A stretch of 63,014 nt of DNA, counting the filler, from Intoshia linei (Eukaryota > Animalia > Orthonectida), in the NCBI GenBank assembly GCA_001642005.1. It is 11 parts of 11 records of this genome, joined end to end, with 100 filler letters (N's around TTAATTAATTAA, not from the genome) between each part and the next. Parts side by side here need not be neighbours in the genome. Positions count along the whole stretch, not along the records: positions 57,513 to 58,526 come from LWCA01002853.1; positions 58,627 to 60,212 come from LWCA01002559.1; positions 60,313 to 63,014 come from LWCA01002239.1; 8 more parts are not named here. The stretch is one strand, 5' to 3'. Position numbers and translations under genes: made by a program. The stretch's first letter is position 1; each line of letters begins with the position of its first letter. The notes beneath the pieces are model-generated. The model did no database searches and had not been told where the DNA came from. It saw nothing but the letters and a program-made list of their open reading frames with translations. Positions 57,513 to 63,014 of this stretch are shown here, piece after piece.

Positions 57513-57836
57513 TTTTATGACATTGGTTATCCACCCAGACCAGTGATTACAAGGTGGGGTACTTGGATTGAAGCCAGTGTTTACTATATCAACAAATTTG
57601 AATTGGTATAAAAAATTGTAGATGGTATACCCGGAAATGGTGTAACAAAACAAAGGAATTTTTTATCTAGTAACGTTAAAAAATATTTAATATTGTACCA
57701 TAATAAATCCTTAATATTTAATTTTTTAAATTATTTTTAACAAAGAGGATCAAATTAAATGTTTAATATATTTTTTATAGGTTAAAAAAGTTAAAATTTT
57801 ATTTTGACAATTTTATGTTAGAAAAACTTTGCCCTA
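57513..57836 (+). mobile_element. hAT (CGGBP1-related) transposase relic with right TIR
   Basis: YPPRPVITRWGTWIEASVYY; ends ACTTTGCCCTA, like the 36760 element. Confidence 0.8.
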
Positions 57837-57975
57837 ATTATAATACATATATTTCCATAATTATTGAAATAAATAGTTGTCATAATTCTGTATATTTTGA
57901 GCTAGGTATATATAAATGTAAGGAGTTATCGAAAATTAATCCAAACCATAACAACCAGAAATTGACTATATTTTC

Positions 57976-58120
57976 AGTCTGTTTTTAGCACATTCTTAGT
58001 CTATTGCATTTTACACTGCAAATCATACATATTAAGAATAATTTTGCACTAAGAATTGTTATCTAATTTTAACATCCACAATAAAAATGCAATAGACCAA
58101 GAATGTGCTAAAAACAGACT
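57976..58120. repeat. About 37-bp inverted repeat (foldback/MITE-like)
   Basis: AGTCTGTTTTTAGCACATTCTTAGTCTATTGCATTTT pairs with AAAATGCAATAGACCAAGAATGTGCTAAAAACAGACT (1 mismatch). Confidence 0.85.
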
Positions 58121-58626
58121 AAATTATCAAAATATAGGCTATAAATTTAAATACAAATTGACATTGGTCTCTAATCCAAACAGTACCAAGGTTTAGGAAC
58201 TGTTGCACAAAAATTGACTACCCGCTGCGAATGTATATTAACATTATTGTATGTGTATCAATGTATTTCACACACGAATGTTAAGAACATTGAACTAGGC
58301 AGTAAGTTTACCACTCTAAGATTTAGTGTCTAAAATAATTGCTTTCTACATATTCGTATTAAAATTTAGAATTATGTAAATAAGACACATTTCTAGTTCA
58401 AATTAAAAAATATACCTAAAAAACTGTACTTCGTGTACTTTTCGTTTATTCAACATTTTAATATAAGGAATAACTACAATTTTGGTCGCATAAGTTTGAT
58501 ATTGAAAAATTCGCGGGTTATATCAANNNNNNNNNNNNNNNNNNNNNNNNNNNNNNNNNNNNNNNNNNNNTTAATTAATTAANNNNNNNNNNNNNNNNNN
58601 NNNNNNNNNNNNNNNNNNNNNNNNNN

Positions 58627-60212
58627 GGTCAAAAATTGGTAAGGTGAGTGAAAAATTAGCTAGTGTGTCTAATAAATTTTTTAAAGTGGTAAATAATTTT
58701 GGTGATGTATTTTGTGAAAAACCTGGCAGAACTAAGTTGTTAAAGCATGAGATAAATTTGCGTGATGGTGTTAATCCGGTGCGTGGGCCCGTGTATGGTG
58801 CTCCAGGGAATGTGAGACATAAATTGAGGGAACAATTGGAGGAAATGTTGAGGTTGGGTGTTATTGAGGTTTCTAAATCTAGTTGGAGGTCCCCATGCTT
58901 TTTGGTTCCAAAAAAAGATGGTAAGGACAGATTGGTGGTAGATTTTCGTGGTCTGAATGAGTTGACGAAAAAGGATGCGTACCCTACGTCAAATCCAGAT
59001 GAGATGTTTGATTTGTTGAAGGAGGGTAAGGTGTTTGCAACATTGGATTTGAGTAAAGGGTTTTGGGAGGTTGAGTTGAGGGAGGAGGATAGGTATTTAA
59101 CGGCGTTTGCGACAAATGCCACGGGGTTGGGAAATAAATTATTTTAATTTAAGGTGATGCCCTTTGGTTTGAGTAACAGGCCAGCGACGTGTCAAAGGTT
59201 AAGTGACAAGGTGTTGGGTGGTATAGGATTTGCAGTTGCTTATTTGGATGATTTTATTATATTTTCAAATAATTTGGAGGATAATAAGAAGCATTTAGTT
59301 GAGGTGTTGAAAAGATTGCGTAAATATGGGTTGAAGGTGAATCCTTCAAAATGTTGTGTGGGGATGAAGGAAATTAAGTATATTGGTCATTTGATAAACG
59401 AGAATGGATAAGGATAAGTTGAAGGTTGTTAGTGATTGGCCGGTGCCTGATAGTGTAAAAAGGGTGAGAGGGTTTTTGGGTTTTTGTTTTTATTATAGAA
59501 AGTTCATTAAGAAATTTGCTACTAAAACAACAATGTTGACAAGGAAAGGTGTTACATGGTATTGGAGTGATGTTTGTAACAATGCTTTTAATAAATTGAA
59601 GGTTGAGTTGTGTGAGGCGCCTATTATTTCACATGTAAATTGGGACTTACCATTCGTATTGGAGACGGATGCTTCAAATTCAGGGTTGAGTGCTACTTTA
59701 TTTCAGAAGGGTAAAGTGGTGATGTATGCAAGTAAAATGCTTAATAAGCATCAGGTGAATTATGGTGTGGTGGATAAGAAATTTTTGGCCATTGTATGGT
59801 CGGTGAAAATATTTCATAAATATTTGTATGGTAGGAAATTTACAATTATCACAGATCACAATCCATTGGTGATGTTGGTAAATCTAAGAAATTATCAGGT
59901 ATGAAAGGGAGGTGGATGCAATCATTGGAGATGTATGATTATGAGATACAATACAGATCAGGAAAATTAAAGGGGTCTGCTGATGCATTGTCTAGGATGT
60001 TTGTGATAACGGGAAGTGAAGATGTTTTAGAAATTGTGAAAAGTCAAAAGAAGGATTTGGCTTGTAGGAAAATTATTAATTACATTAATAGGGGTCGTCC
60101 TACAATTGTTAATGAGGTGGAAAAGGGTGGAATGTGCGAAAAATATTGGTGTTAAAAAATAACATTTTAATGTATCGAAGGGAGGTTGAGTTGTTAGTAG
60201 TGGTGCCTTTAA
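58627..60212 (+). mobile_element. Ty3/Gypsy LTR retrotransposon pol fragment (RT, RNase H, start of integrase), disrupted
   Basis: SPCFLVPKKDG..RLVVDFRGLN, LDLSKGFW, MPFGL, YLDD, LETDAS, TDHNPL, ADALSR. In-frame stop at 59145-59147; frameshifts near 59405 and 59900. Confidence 0.95.
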
Positions 60213-60359
60213 NNNNNNNNNNNNNNNNNNNNNNNNNNNNNNNNNNNNNNNNNNNNTTAATTAATTAANNNNNNNNNNNNNNNNNNNNNNNNNNNNNNNN
60301 NNNNNNNNNNNNGATACTGAATGTACATTATTTTTAATTCAGTTTAATTTTTTTTAAAA

Positions 60360-60615
60360 TTAGTTACACAAATGTTAACAAAATAAAATGAGACTGCAAT
60401 AATTTACATTAAATTAAAAGGTTATGTGATATGACGGGTCAACGTAAATCAAGTTTGGGAACCACTCCTTTAAAGGATTAATAATAGTGAATAGTTATTT
60501 TTATACTTAAGTATTTTGAAGTTAGAATTTTTTATTGAATTTGTTTCGTAGAATAAAATGTCCGCCCTCGGCAAAGCTAGGTGCTGTTTGTAGGTAGTAC
60601 AAAACAGCAATCTAG
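60360..60615 (+). mobile_element. Helitron-like 3' end
   Basis: GGGAACCACTCC..CTCGGCAAAGCTAGG..hairpin..CTAG|T. Confidence 0.7.
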
Positions 60616-61065
60616 TTACTATATATAATTAAGGGTTATTGTAACAAAGTTGATGTTAATTTTAAAGTGCATGCTTAGAGACCTGGAACGGTCGTTACAC
60701 ACCTTTTGCGAATATGTTTGGTGTCCATTTTTGATTCAGGGTGGGTCCCGAGCATGATAGGTTCGTTTCTGATTCATAGTACACCTTTTTACTGACAATT
60801 AAAGAATCTTTATATGTAGTTATTTCAAAATTGACCGTTAGTTTTTAATATTATGAAACATTTAGTACTTTAAGTGATTTAGAAATTTTGACTAACAGTA
60901 CAGGTAATAATTATTACGTGTATTATTATAATACATGCAAAAATATAATTATAAATATTCATCTTATATTTGATTGAGCCAGGGTTTAATATATAAAAAT
61001 GAATTGTAATTATAATTTTAGTTTGTAAATTTATTTTGTTGTATACATTAGTGGTAAATAATAAC

Positions 61066-61274
61066 TAGAGCCATTCATAGAGCATAATGACTAGATTACG
61101 CAAGATTTTAAGGATGTTCTTAAAAAAGTTTTCATAGTTGATAATTACATCATTGTGTTTATTTTTATACATTTTATCGTTTTATTTAAAATTATATGAA
61201 ATGTAAACAATTGTTATATATTGTTGCTTAACAACTTTAGAGCATCTTCAGAGCATCCGATTTGAATGGCTCTA
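61066..61274. mobile_element. hAT MITE
   Basis: TIR TAGAGCCATTCA...TGAATGGCTCTA with perfect TSD ATAATAAC. Confidence 0.88.
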
Positions 61275-62599
61275 ATAATAACATATTATAGCATTCAATT
61301 ACTGTTACTGTTTAATTAGTATGACAAGAAAAAAAGTAGTACTATCAGGTTTAACTTATTTAGAAAAAATTTTAAACCAACTATCTACAGATCTACAGAA
61401 ATAGCAAGCTACTATTTGAATATTATTGTATTAAAAATAAAACTCTATATTGCTTTTAAAAATCTTTAATCTGTAAGGCGATATTAAAATTCTATAATAA
61501 TATGAATTCATCAAATATAATAACTCTATTAATAATTAAAAATACAATGATATATTAATTAATGATAAATTAAATTATGTAAATATTATGTAATATGTTA
61601 TTATTATTATAGCTTGTAAATTGATATATAGTAAATTAGCAAAAATCCCAGTTAAATTTAGATTTTTGTATCCACTGAAATCTACTGTTGTCTTTTCATG
61701 TCCCTGATTGTGTAATGTACAAAATTTAATTTAATTTAAATTTAATCGTTCTGAAACTAATTTTGAGCTATAAATATTTTATGAATAAATACACTGACGT
61801 TATGAAAGTTATGAATTTGTGGAATACTAGTAAAATTCCGATTAAACATAAAAAAAATACAAATAGACGATACAGTTTTGAAATACTCGGTGAAAAAAAT
61901 TTCATTAATATTATTGAGATAAAGTTTTATGTTTGCTAATAAAAACGAAAAATTTTGACTCAAGGCATATCAGAAACTGTTAAAATATTGAAATTATGTC
62001 CACCCTAGTCTACATAATTCCAATAAATAAATATCGGTGGAAATCTATATAATTGATTTGTTGAGTTTTTTCATCGGGTTTATCACCATTTAACACATAA
62101 TAATTTTGATTTATAGACGGTATATAGCAATTTATTATAACTATAGTTACATGTTTGATTGTTAAATAAATTAAAGTCGGTATTTAAATTAAATGTAATC
62201 TACAAATAATATAACAGTTCTCAAACCTATTTGTTAATCATTATTATTAGTAATAATAACTTATTACTTATATTAGCATTTCTCCACTAGTTTATAAACT
62301 ACATATATAATTATTATTATATGTATAATACACATGTACAAATATAGATAATATGTATACATAAATATACATTGCATTTACATGTAGATCAGGGGCATCA
62401 GACTTAGTTTGCTTGGCGGGCCAAATGTGACTTATTATTAAAAAAACCGAAGAAATCAATTTATGAGACTACTACCCATATTTTTAAACTGCAAATGTGC
62501 AGACATTCAGAGTTTTTTTTTGAAATTTTAGGATGAATATTTACTTTTTAATTTTAATTTACATATTGGTTGATGATACATTAAAAATTATTTTTGACT

Positions 62600-63014
62600 G
62601 GGAATGTGTTGATTTCTGGGTTAAACTTTTAGATTTATATCAACTAGAATAAACTGTATCAGAAATTTTTTTTTGATTGTTCGACCGTTAATTATATCAA
62701 ATGTTTTAATTTACAATCAATGTTAATAAAAAAAATGAATACTAAGATTATTTTATGACCGTGAAGGCGTCACTTTGTTAGATTGTAATTTTTTGTGTGT
62801 GTTTACTGGATATCCCTGTATTATGTGTAATTTTTATTAAAATACCGGGACTATTTTGATGTTTTAAAAAAAAAGCAATCTGGGGTTTTGGTTATGAAAA
62901 TGACTTTTTTAAGATTGCCATTTATTTTAATGCTTATGATTTAAAAAAATATACCAGAATTTATTTAATATGAAATTTTTAAAACCAAAAGTAATTTGTG
63001 GTTTTTACCATGAA
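62600..63014 (-). mobile_element. Diverged Helitron-like internal fragment
   Basis: Matches the family core in reverse (ATATCAACTAGAATAA, GACCGTGAAGGCGTCACT). Confidence 0.65.

Overview
This is very AT-rich eukaryotic (animal-like) genomic DNA, not prokaryotic. Genes are split by many tiny GT-AG introns (about 30-45 nt) plus larger introns filled with transposon debris. The style recalls a compact invertebrate genome such as the orthonectid Intoshia, but that is inference only. The window consists of 11 sequence blocks joined by ten artificial 100-nt spacers (N44-TTAATTAATTAA-N44), so adjacency across spacers is unproven. Recognisable genes: TFIIIC63/GTF3C5-like, SLC7 amino-acid transporter, glycyl-tRNA synthetase, a BTB/BACK 3' exon, PP2C (partial), TTLL1, cyclin Q-like, ERICH3-like (partial), one CLC-3/4/5 exon, 5-oxoprolinase (partial), a divergent Sin3, CFAP100 (partial), a broken ICMT and enolase-4. 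Mobile DNA is abundant: a dominant non-autonomous Helitron-like family, many hAT MITEs with 8-bp target-site duplications (TSDs), piggyBac and Tc1/mariner-type elements, a LINE RT scrap and a Gypsy pol fragment. The most notable signal, missing from the ORF track, is a decayed tobamo/virga-like (+)ssRNA-virus superfamily-1 helicase at about 41575-42370. It sits between a Tc1 relic and the Sin3 gene and is a candidate non-retroviral endogenous viral element. All identifications are from manual translation and remembered motifs; no searches were run.
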